Source: Macrostomum lignano
Lineage: Eukaryota
DNA: 64,000 nucleotides
Assembly: GCA_002269645.1 (NCBI GenBank)
Contig: NIVC01000542.1
Location: forward strand, 298,609-362,608
Direction: 5' to 3'
The position numbers were made by a program, and so were the translations under genes. Of the stretch, positions 11,601-19,211 are shown piece after piece. Numbering within the stretch: position 1 is the stretch's first letter; each line of letters starts with the position of its first letter. The notes under the pieces were generated by a model. It saw nothing but the letters and a program-made list of their open reading frames with translations, searched no databases and was not told the DNA's origin.

Positions 11601-13467
11601 TAGTTCCTGTTGAAGTACGATTTGGCGTGTTGGTGCTTGTCTCTGTCATGCGAATTAATTCTGTGGATAAATCTGCATTTCTTACTGTCAATGAACAGTC
11701 AATAGCTGCATCTTTCACAATCTTTGGCTCACAGTTTGTACCAGCATCGGATATCTCAATGGTCTCTGTGGATGCATATGAACTTGACAATACGACCGTA
11801 CATTCAATGGCTGCATCGTGAACAACAATTTCATCGCAATTGGTAGCTTCTTCAATACGCTCAGCACCGCAGCTAGCGTTTTTAACTTGAATAGTACATT
11901 CAGAAGCAGCTTCTCTTCTAGAAGGGCATTCACAGTCTGTACTTGCGTCAGACATCAGAAGGACATCCGTCGAAATGCTCACTTCTTTTGCATTTTTTAC
12001 AGACTGGACAGCTTTTTCGCAGCAAGAGAACTCTATATCTCTTCCAACAATTGCGTCAGATACTAGCGGATGCTCTGTGGAAACGGCAACACTGATGAGC
12101 AGATTAGAACATGTTACAGATGCTTCGACACTTGAAACTTCGTTGAACACAGTAGATGCATCAGAAGTATCAGAAACGTCTGTTGACGTGTAGCGGCTGC
12201 TAAACTGCCTGATGTTGTCCACAGAGACATCCTGTTTAAGGACTTGTTGTTGGCATTCTATAGATGCATCACAAAGTTCTAAAGAGGTTAGAGTAGCTAC
12301 ATCAACGCTGTTAAAACATGGGACACATTCAACTGCGGCGTTACATGTCCGCTCGCGTCCTGTAGCAATGTCAGTAGTAAGCAGTGGACCAGTCTCGTCC
12401 GTCAAAGTACCAACTGCAGCTGTGGTAGTTTTCATGTATTCTGTACTCTTTTCGAGCTTATGGGGCCGATCTGATGAAACATTAAAAACGGCTGACGGTA
12501 CTGCAGACTCGGCAACAACTGTATGCATACACATCTCTTCAGAATCCAAATTTGTTACATTTTCTTGAATTTTGACTTCACCTTGAGTAAGATTTTTGAC
12601 TCGAATGCCGGAAACACTGCTGTCCTTATCAAGGTAGTCGCGAGAGCTTGCCATGTATGTGAACATGGGGGCTTCCCACTGGGTGCCCTGGTCACACATG
12701 CCACGTTTTTGCCCACGACTATTTATTTCGGCTATGAATTCTTCTGCAGCGGAATCTTCAATACAATCGGCACTCTTGCTAGGTCGAAGAGGCTGTGTTG
12801 GACCAGCGGCAGAAATAGAAACCCTTCGCTGGCTTTCTAGGAATACATCGAGCGACTTTGACAGTGACCGAGAAAGTGAGGCTACTTTCTGCTGGAACTC
12901 AGCGACCTCAGACGCAGCAGATTTGTTCAAACTTGACTGGCTAGAAGCGGCAGATGCAAATGCTGCTGACTGCTCAATGCAAGCGAGGGATATCACGCCC
13001 GGCAGCTGATCTCCGATCCCCGGGTAGGAACGGCTCGGATGCAGCTTCCCACCGGGCCGCCAATCTATGTTGCGGCTGTCCCCGCGCAGGCAGTTTCGAC
13101 TGAGACTGAGAATCTCTGAGTCGAGCTCCAAGTATCGCTTCAGATGGTCCAGCTGCGAATCATGCAGTTCAAAGGCTTGGATGTCTGAAACAAGCGACTG
13201 AACTTTCGCCTCGGTATCGGAGAGCCCGGAGGAAAGGCTACAGCGTTGGCGCAGGCATGCACAGTATTCAAGCCGATCTGACTTGACCATAGCGAGAAAG
13301 CTGGACAGGCTGGCATCGGAATCCTCCTGCCGTCTGATGGCGCTGCTGTCGCCGCCGCCGTTGAGGTCGCAGACAACCCGCACGAGGCGCTCGATGGTCT
13401 CCTGTCCGAGCAGCATGGCGGCTGTGGCGTTGCGGATGCACGAGTCTTCCTCGAGCTCGCTGTGAAT
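1..13467 (-). CDS. Giant coding exon (at least 4,489 codons, open past the left edge) of a coiled-coil and Asp/Ala/Ser/Thr-repeat protein
   Basis: Hand translation of the minus frame aligned with + codons 1-3 is open from 13467 (IHSELEEDSCIRNATAAMLLG..) to about 11400 and at every spot check (8761, 6061, 5161, 4381, 2521, 301, 1). The ORF track lists no minus ORF in this frame, as expected if it never meets a stop. Acceptor ttggcttcag| at 13468, phase 0. Confidence 0.92.
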   Translation of the reverse strand, partial: MHSELEEDSCIRNATAAMLLGQETIERLVRVVCDLNGGGDSSAIRRQEDSDASLSSFLAMVKSDRLEYCACLRQRCSLSSGLSDTEAKVQSLVSDIQAFELHDSQLDHLKRYLELDSEILSLSRNCLRGDSRNIDWRPGGKLHPSRSYPGIGDQLPGVISLACIEQSAAFASAASSQSSLNKSAASEVAEFQQKVASLSRSLSKSLDVFLESQRRVSISAAGPTQPLRPSKSADCIEDSAAEEFIAEINSRGQKRGMCDQGTQWEAPMFTYMASSRDYLDKDSSVSGIRVKNLTQGEVKIQENVTNLDSEEMCMHTVVAESAVPSAVFNVSSDRPHKLEKSTEYMKTTTAAVGTLTDETGPLLTTDIATGRERTCNAAVECVPCFNSVDVATLTSLELCDASIECQQQVLKQDVSVDNIRQFSSRYTSTDVSDTSDASTVFNEVSSVEASVTCSNLLISVAVSTEHPLVSDAIVGRDIEFSCCEKAVQSVKNAKEVSISTDVLLMSDASTDCECPSRREAASECTIQVKNASCGAERIEEATNCDEIVVHDAAIECTVVLSSSYASTETIEISDAGTNCEPKIVKDAAIDCSLTVRNADLSTELIRMTETSTNTPNRTSTGTITDSCFSGSMDVGTDTPFDNFAEATQCAGGEGVKGKDIKVCTPQLERFEASTDGTEMAAHQESLAQVFESSDLRRPADIATHYQGTSKVSDAIKGNEATTTSTALLDSGFVWREIKATSDASTTAKMEADTRVLVDASTESFNQALVNAEVDCSIRVTSVCVSTDAFQSRDACTIVSSSDASMDSELGISKAKLLMDSQKNTDASSAPKHSFDLVDHTVVHPLFCDAYSVTDKAILIDASTDIELDSGFPGFTVAAEMLDASVQCAFAYSSDSVREFFGAQNSKFKIEADNESTVPVVLHMKERKMQQKNSSDSAQAADQGALGAAHTFIVSDASTQSAMRKTRSCKELFTSAFNSSGAQPIFPSSNASGLQERSGAALDASLEFRKPLLSDSSVDCAIMTVDAHTNTEYFTAPDIQYAENMTSGTDPSSTCVPSRTENSRGFFHDQASVSDNNDPARESASIAERKVDFPTVKSLSESGFVTSDPACAETVFRQFDAALMTQPRFGAASESVLEVPTYFQSDEAKNHAVSAPSSLQMEVMHDYVQGDATFELDTTLRAFNVTARNSVSVETQTEVLSHQTFVERYNEEMKVVLRGLNMQVFTLSNQNISLSDENRGLKEALDFTRSLIDEFELEVCRLSDERQALRAESETKDVNLSQASNHIKQLVDRLTCLQTEIDKVGEKVSKDFNQHIGLLPSENGDLLARLDRLSLDVLEKKCILETISRQLKDRTFLRAPFKRGQQKSEFNILDELDHLISSHDRALQSESEIRRQNTYLEELLRIKDSKLVQLVELNQSQEQNMEILREKLQSFLVDTSSQHHHVSTTALAQCEEFFEENEFSHDLEYTCTSETVGLINSSGYALHETSDFGVPHQIDEYTQRKRSALFGLQTETNEFIRLSSKTFQIRRCESLPNILISASMPPVLSIDHTNRKIIGQKEENLAQNAGTSHASTSAKLEFADASSGLSEEKAEASTSAKLEFVDASSGRSEERADVSTSAKLEFADASSGLSEERADVSTSAKLEFADASSGLSDERADASTDARGNIADASSGLGEDRVNASTSAKLEVADASSSATKESIDASTSSKVNIADASSGLSKERADASTDAKLKFADASSGLSKERADACTDVKLEFADASSGLSKERADACTDAKLEFADASSGLSEERADASSGLSEDRVHASTSAKLEVADASSGLSEERADASTEVKLEFANASSVLSDERVDASTSAKLEVVDASSSATKESIDASTSAKVKIADASSGLNKERADASTDAKLEFADASSGLSKERADACTDVKLEFADASSGLSEERVHASTSAKLEVADASSGLSEERADASTEVKLEFANASSVLSDEKVDASTSAKLEVADASSGLSKERTDASTDAKLEYADASSGLGEERVDASTSAKLEFADASSGLSKERTDASTDAKLEFADASSGLSKERADACTDVKLEFADASSGLSKERADACTDAKLEFADASSGLSEERADASSGLSEDRVHASTSAKLEVADASSGLSEERADASTEVKLEFANASSVLSDERVDASTSAKLEVVDASSSATKESIDASTSAKVKIADASSGLNKERADASTDAKLEFADASSGLSKERADACTDVKLEFADASSGLSEERVHASTSAKLEVADASSGLSEERADASTEVKLEFANASSVLSDEKVDASTSAKLEVADASSGLSKERTDASTDAKLEYADASSGLGEERVDASTSAKLEFADASSGLSKERTDASTDAKLEFADASSGLSKERTDASTDAKLEFADASSGLSDEKVDASTSAKLEFADASSGLSKERTDASTDAKLEFADASSGLSEERADASTDAKLEFADASSGLSDEKVDASTSAKLEVADASSSPTKESIDASTSTKVNIADASSGLSEERADVSTSLKLEFVDASSGLSEERVHASTSAKLEFADASSGLSKERTDASTDAKLEFADASSGLSKERADACTDVKLEFADASSGLSDERADASTDAKLEYADASSGLGEKRVDASTSAKLEVADASSSATKESIDASTSAKVNIADAPSGFTQEGVDASTSAKVNIADASSGLSEERVDGSSSAKLGFADASSGPTKKSIDASTSTKIEFSYASSGFTDERIETSASTKLELAVASSGPTEKPYLTDTLVTSSYIFAKDKLKPSLSMSDLHLLRQESENQPLESSTKASASLKKPVIHEDLTNTANWSGSKRQSGLDFLLSSFIGPRWNSRCLDKVALNTRLISQSESCLAVVSLSCDAFCQTDSPVMPATSASSEDTHQRVVEIGQIAWNSVAANTLNLHSDVDESEDDFYSVSSDIQHIGPDYSFLESPNSKFEFRQLQDLYENALKEKETMRKKLEALVNRSAELEQTIDLVAERERILSATNRSLMEEKEVLEARLEILRHETSSIAINNSKLQESLSSTEQLNSQLKAESDALLAAKKNAVAEQDQLKAHIDSMKSELSTLHQLIAEVKSAEAILQENKEHQAQQILAANDTIKEMSIEKAALQEEQRKIEQKNKKLETTLRATESEFQELLDSQTKVYEEKLQIEEKLTDAENRAFTFQQQLETRSSSNPSGLDPNWGDSLSCKPFDDETEASPTYLKNSLIEVAAERDVLAQDLAEIRREANELESKNVLLSEQIRQQDELILSLNSELNYRDIRIEEQRSELESNNARIESLLSETKDLKAIVARLETDSSFFRESFSEELKNLTNAYYAGSDTTVITANASSQTDNQESNEGTTLYSQCVEGIQSLSYYKNALKELLKTVKSQNLRLDQLASEKSSLQSALLESTDQVDIENAPQEVLHECKGTSTALKLIDSAAQTSVYSNDSEVPTYSTPNTISQRRLFDALNSPHLKDSGFSAPSALVFSCDEETPTQDSNVISKDFCCYALPTTTEASSQITEELDVPNHALCLNSEKTVSSITGADIEHSGLGSGSPDRKATAGLSTELLHSDASSGSSEAEAQHSKLDSSLNAEGLNIDVSIDSSNSSVDTSTGAAVNYMHSKISSKSTDRKVDSSSSAVLFQADAGSGSSEKEVDARTNTEFQVSYGSSGDKIDASTGTGFRQDNVLSHASERNLDADTSAEVENRAAEKIDKSSSVEIGVSVCRKCRVNIQEDDAIVVSAEGNVDASTVAAVSYSEIGSGSIDGKVDASSSAECILIDASVGSTDDKVDASTVAAISYSEIGSGTTDGKVDSSSSAVLFQADAGSGSSERKVDASTNTEFQHGEVGYGSSDGKIDASTGTECLQDNVLSHASERNLDADTSAEVENRAADSSTVAAVSYREIGPGSTDGKVDSSSSAVLFQADAGSGSSERKVDASTRAEVEHSEIGSGSCAGKVDASSSAECILIDASVGSTDDNVDASTVAAVSYSEIGSGTTDGKVDSSSSAVLFQADAGSGSSERIVDASTNTEFQHGEVGYGSSGGKIDASTGTECLQDNVLSHASERNLDADTSAEVENRAAEKIDKSSSVEIGVSVCRKCRVNIQEDDAIVVSAEGNVHASTSAVVSYSEIGPGSIDGKVDASSSAECILIDASVGSTDDNVDASTVAAVSYIEIGSGTTDGKVDSSSSAVLFQADAGSGSSERKVDASTRAEVEYSEIGSGSCAGKVDASSSAECILIDASVGSTDDNVDASTVAAISYSEIGSGTTDGKVDSSSSAVLFQADAGLGSSERKVDASTRAEVEYSEIGSGSCAGKVDASSSAECILIDASVGSTDDNVDASTVAAVSYSEIGSGTTDGKVDSSSSAVLFQADAGSGSSERIVDASTNTEFQHGEVGYGSSGGKIDASTGTECLQDNVLSHASERNLDADTSAEVENRAAEKIDKSSSVEIGVSVCRKCRVNIQEDDAIVVSAEGNVHASTSAVVSYSEIG
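5220..8760 (-). repeat. Coding repeat block B: about 53 copies of a 66-nt (22-aa) unit, with a 957-nt internal duplication
   Basis: Consensus SEERADASTDAKLEFADASSGL. Shadow ORFs recur at offset 957 (6537 to 7494, 6764 to 7721, 6921 to 7878); 957 nt = 14.5 units, in frame. Confidence 0.95.
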
Positions 13468-13552
13468 CTGAAGCCAATTTAGAATATATTTTTTGCTATC
13501 AACAGTAAAATAAAAAAATGAAATCCCAACGGTCAGAACAGTGTTAGAGAAC

Positions 13553-13720
13553 CTTGGAAATTTTGTCGAATAGGTTCTTCATCTCCTCGAACACGACAGT
13601 CCGCTGCATCTCCAGGTCGATGTTCAGTTTTTCGTTGACAGCCGATAGCGACTTGACCTGCGCCGTGAGCTTCTGAATTGCCAGGTCGCGCTGCTCCAGC
13701 TCAGAGTTGAGGATGCGCAA
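13553..13720 (-). CDS. Internal exon of the giant gene (56 codons, coiled coil)
   Basis: actaaacag|LRILNSELEQRDLAIQKLTAQVKSLSAVNEKLNIDLEMQRTVVFEEMKNLFDKISK|gt; phase 0 at both ends; 85-nt intron to the giant exon. Confidence 0.85.
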
Positions 13721-13906
13721 CTGTTTAGTTGGGGGGGGGGGGGATTTGAGCGGCAGTTTTAGTACGACTCAGCCGGATGCCAACCACTGTAGAATTCACC
13801 AGCTCCCAAATGACAATTTTCTTACAAAATATCCATATAAAAATCTATTATTTTGATATAAAAATGAGCAAAAAACGATAGCAGAAACGAGCTGCACTCC
13901 ACTCAC

Positions 13907-14001
13907 AGTGTTGGCATCCGCGGCCAGCTCATCTTCGCTATGCTCGGAGCAGATGGCTGTGTCTGGCGAGGCCTGCACGAGGGAAGGGGCACAAGTCATG
14001 G
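13907..14001 (-). CDS. Possible alternative or first exon of the giant gene
   Basis: tttcag|CC ATG ..MTCAPSLVQASPDTAICSEHSEDELAADANT|gtgagt; strong phase-0 donor compatible with exon 13553-13720, but its acceptor phase does not match exon 14078-14166. Confidence 0.5.
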
Positions 14002-14077
14002 CTGAAACTCAATTCTTCATTCAGAGCTAGTTTGGTTTTTCTTCAATTAAATGGCTTTTATAGTTCAAAAAACTCAC

Positions 14078-14166
14078 AACGCGAAACTGGCTTTCCACCG
14101 AATGGGCCGTCTCATAGCGGCCAAACAGCTCCCTGAGCTTGTGGTACTGGCTGATCACATAGCCGT
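14078..14166 (-). CDS. Upstream exon of the giant gene
   Basis: Polypyrimidine tract then tag|..GYVISQYHKLRELFGRYETAHSVESQFRV|gtgagt; phase-0 donor fits exon 13553-13720. Further upstream exons were not identified. Confidence 0.65.
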
Positions 14167-14299
14167 CTACTCGGTTAGACTTGAGGGGCGAGAGAGGGAA
14201 ATGGAAAATTAATTCTGCGCCAGTCAATCATTGTGACCGAGCATTCACCTGCCAGAAAGCTTTTGAAAGCTCAATTTTCCTCTCTCATATAGCATAGCT

Positions 14300-17200
14300 T
14301 GTTAGAAAACCTGAATCTATTTGCAAATATATTGTATAAACACTAAAGCTCACTTCAGACAAAAGTTTTGCAAGCTCAGAGATATTTTCAAGGAGGACTG
14401 GTGTGTCAACTTCAGACATCAGTCATGGCTTGCTGGAAAATGAAAAACAAAACTATTGATAATAATGGGCATATGTGCACTTTTATTTGATTATGACAAG
14501 GTACTATAAATAACAAAGACAACAATATCTCCATAAGCCCTATGCTAATATTTGATTGTTGGATAACCAGTTTTATCTCAAATATCATTTACAAAGAATG
14601 GAAAGTTAGAAAATAAAAGAATAGAATAAAAATAAAAGTGTATGATTACTATAAGAAGCTGCTTTTGTATAATTCATCATTTTTTTCAATTTTACATCCT
14701 AGTATTGTTGCAAATACTTTTAGATCTTTGCTAAAAGAGATTTTAACAAACATTCCAATAATAGTATACTAATTAGGTATTATTGTATAGTAAAAAAATT
14801 TCTGATACCATAGCTATTATTTACAAATTAAACAATATAGCTTTATTAATATTTTCAGTACTAGAAAATATGAGCATACAACTTATCTTTTAAAACTTTT
14901 TCTTAAACTATTGATATTTTTCATCTGATCTTTATTAATGTAAAAAATATTTAACATATAGTTGAGTTAGGATTTATATAGACTTTGTTATTTATATTAT
15001 AGTACATATAGTACTTGGCTATAAAAATGATATGTAAATAACAATTTTTATACACCTAAAAAAGAATGGCAAGTTAATTATAGATACCTTTAAAGCCCTT
15101 TATCCAAAAGTTAGCTTAATAACAGAGATTATGCAAAGATTATGCCTTAAGAACAAAATATTTCTCATATACATACTAAGCTTTTTAGACCAATGAATTC
15201 CTAAGACTAATATAAGCCAATCAAAATATTATATTATTATATAATAACTTTTAATTGCCAACCCAAATTCATAACAAACATAGTCAGAATATCATATATG
15301 ATCTCTAATATAATATTAGCTATTTATTATACTAAAATGCAAAAAGTTTCAGCAATTGGCGTATAACTTTTTTGTTAAAATTTAATTGCAACATTTTTGA
15401 TCAGATGACTAGTGTCACAATAAGTCTATTTGTATATCTTTAGCTTATTACATGAATTTGTTATTTTACTAGACTTATTTAATTATAATATTGTATGTTT
15501 TTTCAGCCTTAAAATGGAAAACATATTGCTCAGTGGCAATTTTGTTTTCATGAGGTCACTGCTTGGCGAGAATGCCACAAAAATTCACCTTGACTTGGTT
15601 CAAGTCACAGAAGGTCAGGCCCTTTTGTATTGTACTGTTGTCTACTAGATTTAATCAACTAGTGCTAGCCTATGCTTTATGACTAATAATACTTGTTTTG
15701 GAAAACTAATTGTATCTATAACTAAGCAAAACATTGTGGCAATGCGGGAGCTAATGAACTTAAATTCAAATATTGCATGAACATCTTAGCCTTTGCAAGG
15801 TCATTGCTGGCTAGTTGCCTTATGTGCTGACTATTAAGCCTTGAAGCAGAAGCAAAAGAAAGTTTCATATAGCCAAGAATTTCTATCCTACTTTGGTGAA
15901 AGTGGTACCAAGCAACTTATTGACATTGTGACAGGTAATAAAGAATGGTTTTATTATATTGTCTTTGGTCCTTGGTTCTTATAAGGCAAATGGTAGACAA
16001 TAAGCTTAAGGTTATACTGCAACCACCTTAAAGCCTTAGCCCTAACTTGGAACCTTGTGACTTTCTTAATTGGAATAAGTTAAACAATGTGGATGGTTGT
16101 CTATCACCTATTAAATATTTTTCAGTGTCATATTGTGCAGATTTAAGAAGGCAAGCAATATTGTGTTGCAATAGAGGGTAGTATCACATTTTATGGCATG
16201 CTGCAATTGATAAGTGACAATGCTAGAAGTGTGGCCAGATTAATGTGGTGCAATACTATAGGAATAATGTAAGTATCATTTAAGACTTTGAATATAGAGT
16301 TTTAGAATGTTTAGAATGTTTCAAAATATTGGTTACCATCTATTATTTTCTACCATGCTTCATACTTTTTCAAATTATAATTTTTTGCATTATGCATTGG
16401 AACAATGTTGCATTGCATTGTACTTTTTTATACTTTTGTCTTGTTTACTGTGCATTTGAACTACTTTATTTTGCATTGGTGTTGTGGATCTATTTTTTAA
16501 TTACTTTAAGAGATAACTTCTGAGCCTTCTCAAAGCTAATAGAATACAGGGTAGGGTACCATTTTTTTAGCAACCTTAAGATCTAGTTTGCTGTATCAAT
16601 TTAGAGCTCAAGACTATGCTAGCTATTGAGTATTGTGTAGCCTTTAAGGCATGGATTTACTATCATCAGAAATGCATAGAGCAAGGCAAAGATCATATAG
16701 AAGGACTTTATTTGAGTTTTAAACATAACTAAAATATTTTAATATTTAGTTTTATTTTTCTACAAGCAAAGAATGTTTAGAAATTCTTTTTCATATAAAT
16801 GACTTGGTATCTTAATTTCATACTATTAAGTTAAGTAATATATTCTATACTTATAGACTTAATTATTGGAATAAATTTATTTCATAATATCTTTAGTTTT
16901 AGGTGTATTTGATAATTGTTTTTATATAAGAAAAGCCTAATATAGCATAGATAATATTTAATAACAAATAATACTTTAATAAGTTCTTCCTTATAGTTCT
17001 TAAAAGGAAGGCTAATCTTATATCTGATTATATTAATTGTCATATTAAATATTGTTAGGCTAATAAACTGAAATGCTATTTATTTTTTATAGATTCTAAA
17101 AATAATCAAATCTATAAAGATTGTTTTTATAGGCTACCTTAAATTAAAAGGCTAAAATAGAATCTATTTAACATTTATTCTATTTAATAATAAAATTAGT

Positions 17201-17480
17201 TAGATAACAACAAATTTTTCCTAGTTCTTATTTTAACATAAATAGAATTAATGCAAAATAATTGAAATATATTCTATATAGAAAAAAGTGAACCTATTCA
17301 TACAACTTTCATTAAAGATATAACTTATACAATGTATATAAGAGTATATATATAGAAGGGTGGGATACATATGATATACATCTATGCACATGCAATATTT
17401 AGCATTAGAAAAACCTTTTCAAAGGAATTTCATAAAAAAGAATATAATACTTTACAGTACCAATGATATATAATTAAATA
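14300..17480. other. AT-rich, nearly CpG-free block of decayed transposon sequence
   Basis: About 3 CpG seen by eye in about 3 kb (near 15360, 15567, 15745); abundant TA/TAG/CTA; contains a mariner relic. Confidence 0.75.
15773..16232 (+). pseudogene. Internally deleted, hypermutated mariner (DD34D) transposase relic
   Basis: 15773-15832 reads LHEHLSLCKVIAG*LPYVLT (mariner LHEHLGxRKxxARWVP[H/R]xLT); 15925-15957 IVTGNKEWFYY (IVTGDExWxYY); 16038-16064 SPNLEPCDF (SPDLAPCDF). Motif order is correct but spacing is short. Confidence 0.8.
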
Positions 17481-17510
17481 TACATGCGTGACCTTGGGAA
17501 TCACTTGGCA

Positions 17511-17921
17511 ATTTCTATTGGCAACATGCACATATAATTCGCTATTGGCTAAGAGCAGTCACGTGACTATTATTCTCATACATGCGCAACAGTCGGCCGA
17601 GTCGGCCGATCCGGCCGACCGATTTGGCGGCCAATCAAGGAAGTCGCAAAAATGCCCACCCAAAAAATAACCGAAGTAGTAGTACTAAGTAGCTGACGAG
17701 GCATTTTAGCTTAATAAAACAGTCATAGTTACTCCTGCCGTTTACCCAAAGTTGCGTTAATTTTGCTTTTGGGTTTTTTTATATGTAAGTCGCATTTTTG
17801 GCCAAAAACTATGTCGCATTTTTGTTAAAACTAAGTCGCACGGCTGACCGAATTTTGGAGGTTGCACATGTATGATTATTCTGTCTAATAGCAACTTAAA
17901 TGTGTGTTGCCAATAGAAATG
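17511..17921. mobile_element. Non-autonomous transposon-like element with 16-bp inverted repeats and repeated GTCGCA motifs; CpG-rich copy
   Basis: atttctattggcaaca near 17511 is inverted to tgttgccaatagaaat at 17906-17921; interior is homologous (reverse complement) to 58887-59165. Confidence 0.6.
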
Positions 17922-19033
17922 GCTGGGAAAATCCTTAGGTTGCTCCCAAGCATTATAACAAGTGTTCAATTTAATGTGCCTTCTTTCATATTATATTAGG
18001 GCCTGTAACTTAATAATAAAATAGGCTAGACATCATGCCCATCAAAACCTGTCTTGTACACTTTTTAAACCTGTGCTAAATGCAACACTAAGGCCTATTT
18101 ACTATAAACCTAAATAATAGTACATGTTTTTTTTCTTCTAACTCTATGCAAGAAGTCTATGCTGGATCTGTCTAGGCCTAATTATGTATAAAATTGACTT
18201 TCTATTTGGGCATCAGCAATTATGAGCAGCTAAGCTAAGCTACAGAAGCTTTTACTGTATATAGTCTATATAGACTAACTAGAAAAAAGGTAGCTCATGC
18301 CTCATGCAAGGCCATACTAAACAAGTTGAATAATTTTAAGCTTTTAAAGGTGGGTGCCTTATGCCAGACATAACCCTAAGACATAACCTAAGAATAAGAT
18401 TAATGTAAGGAGATAGCTAAATTCTTTAACCAATACTCAAACATACTCAAACCTACTCACAACGGGTATCCCTCACAGTCACAACCATACTACACTTAAC
18501 AGTACAGATAATAATGCAGGTGCCGGTTACATTATTGGCGAAAGTGTCTTTTCGCCGAAATGACTGTAACCCAACTATGCAGCTACGCGGTTCAAACAGC
18601 CATATTAAATATGAAGTTTTACAGTTCTACAGGCAATATACTAATATAATTGTCACTGCCAGTGCTGCTGCAGGACAGGACCGTACGTACAACTAAAGCA
18701 AAAATGAAAAAAATGCTTACGAAAATGGAAGTCAAAATAATAAGATATGTTTCTTCGTTAACAATAAATTTTTCTCTTTGCAATAGTATAAATATTGAAT
18801 TTCCTTAATAAAGTCACTAGATGACAGCCCAAAAAATAAGCCATAATGTTCCTTTATTTTTGTCTTGTTTATACGCATTTAAGCCGGTGTTTTTTAGACT
18901 GTTAACTCAACTGTTGACTTGCAAATGAAATATAGCAAAAGGTAACATTATGATACAATGGGTCCTCGCTTTAGCAATTTTAAGTTGTATGAGGTTTTAA
19001 TTTTAAGGACCACTGTATATGGTCCTTTGTATA

Positions 19034-19211
19034 CCCGTACAGAAATCCGACGTCGGCGACGTCTTGTTGCCGATGTTTCCGACGTAATGGCAGATACATT
19101 TTGACGTCCGTCGATATGTAACATAATAAGCACATATTTATTGTCATCCGACGTCGATAGACGTCAAGAACGTCGCAGCCAGACGTCGCTGACGCCGGAC
19201 TGCTGTACGAG
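19034..19211. mobile_element. 178-bp MITE with about 55-bp imperfect TIRs rich in GACGTC (CMC/EnSpm-like)
   Basis: Termini cccgtacag .. ctgtacgag; flanked by ata on both sides (19031-33, 19212-14); inner arms cagaaatccgacgtcggcgacgtc vs rc cagcagtccggcgtcagcgacgtc. Confidence 0.65.

Noticed and set aside
32-13465. Many plus-strand ORFs (e.g. LDASANSSFASVLAS repeats)
   Set aside because: Antisense shadows of the single giant minus-strand frame.
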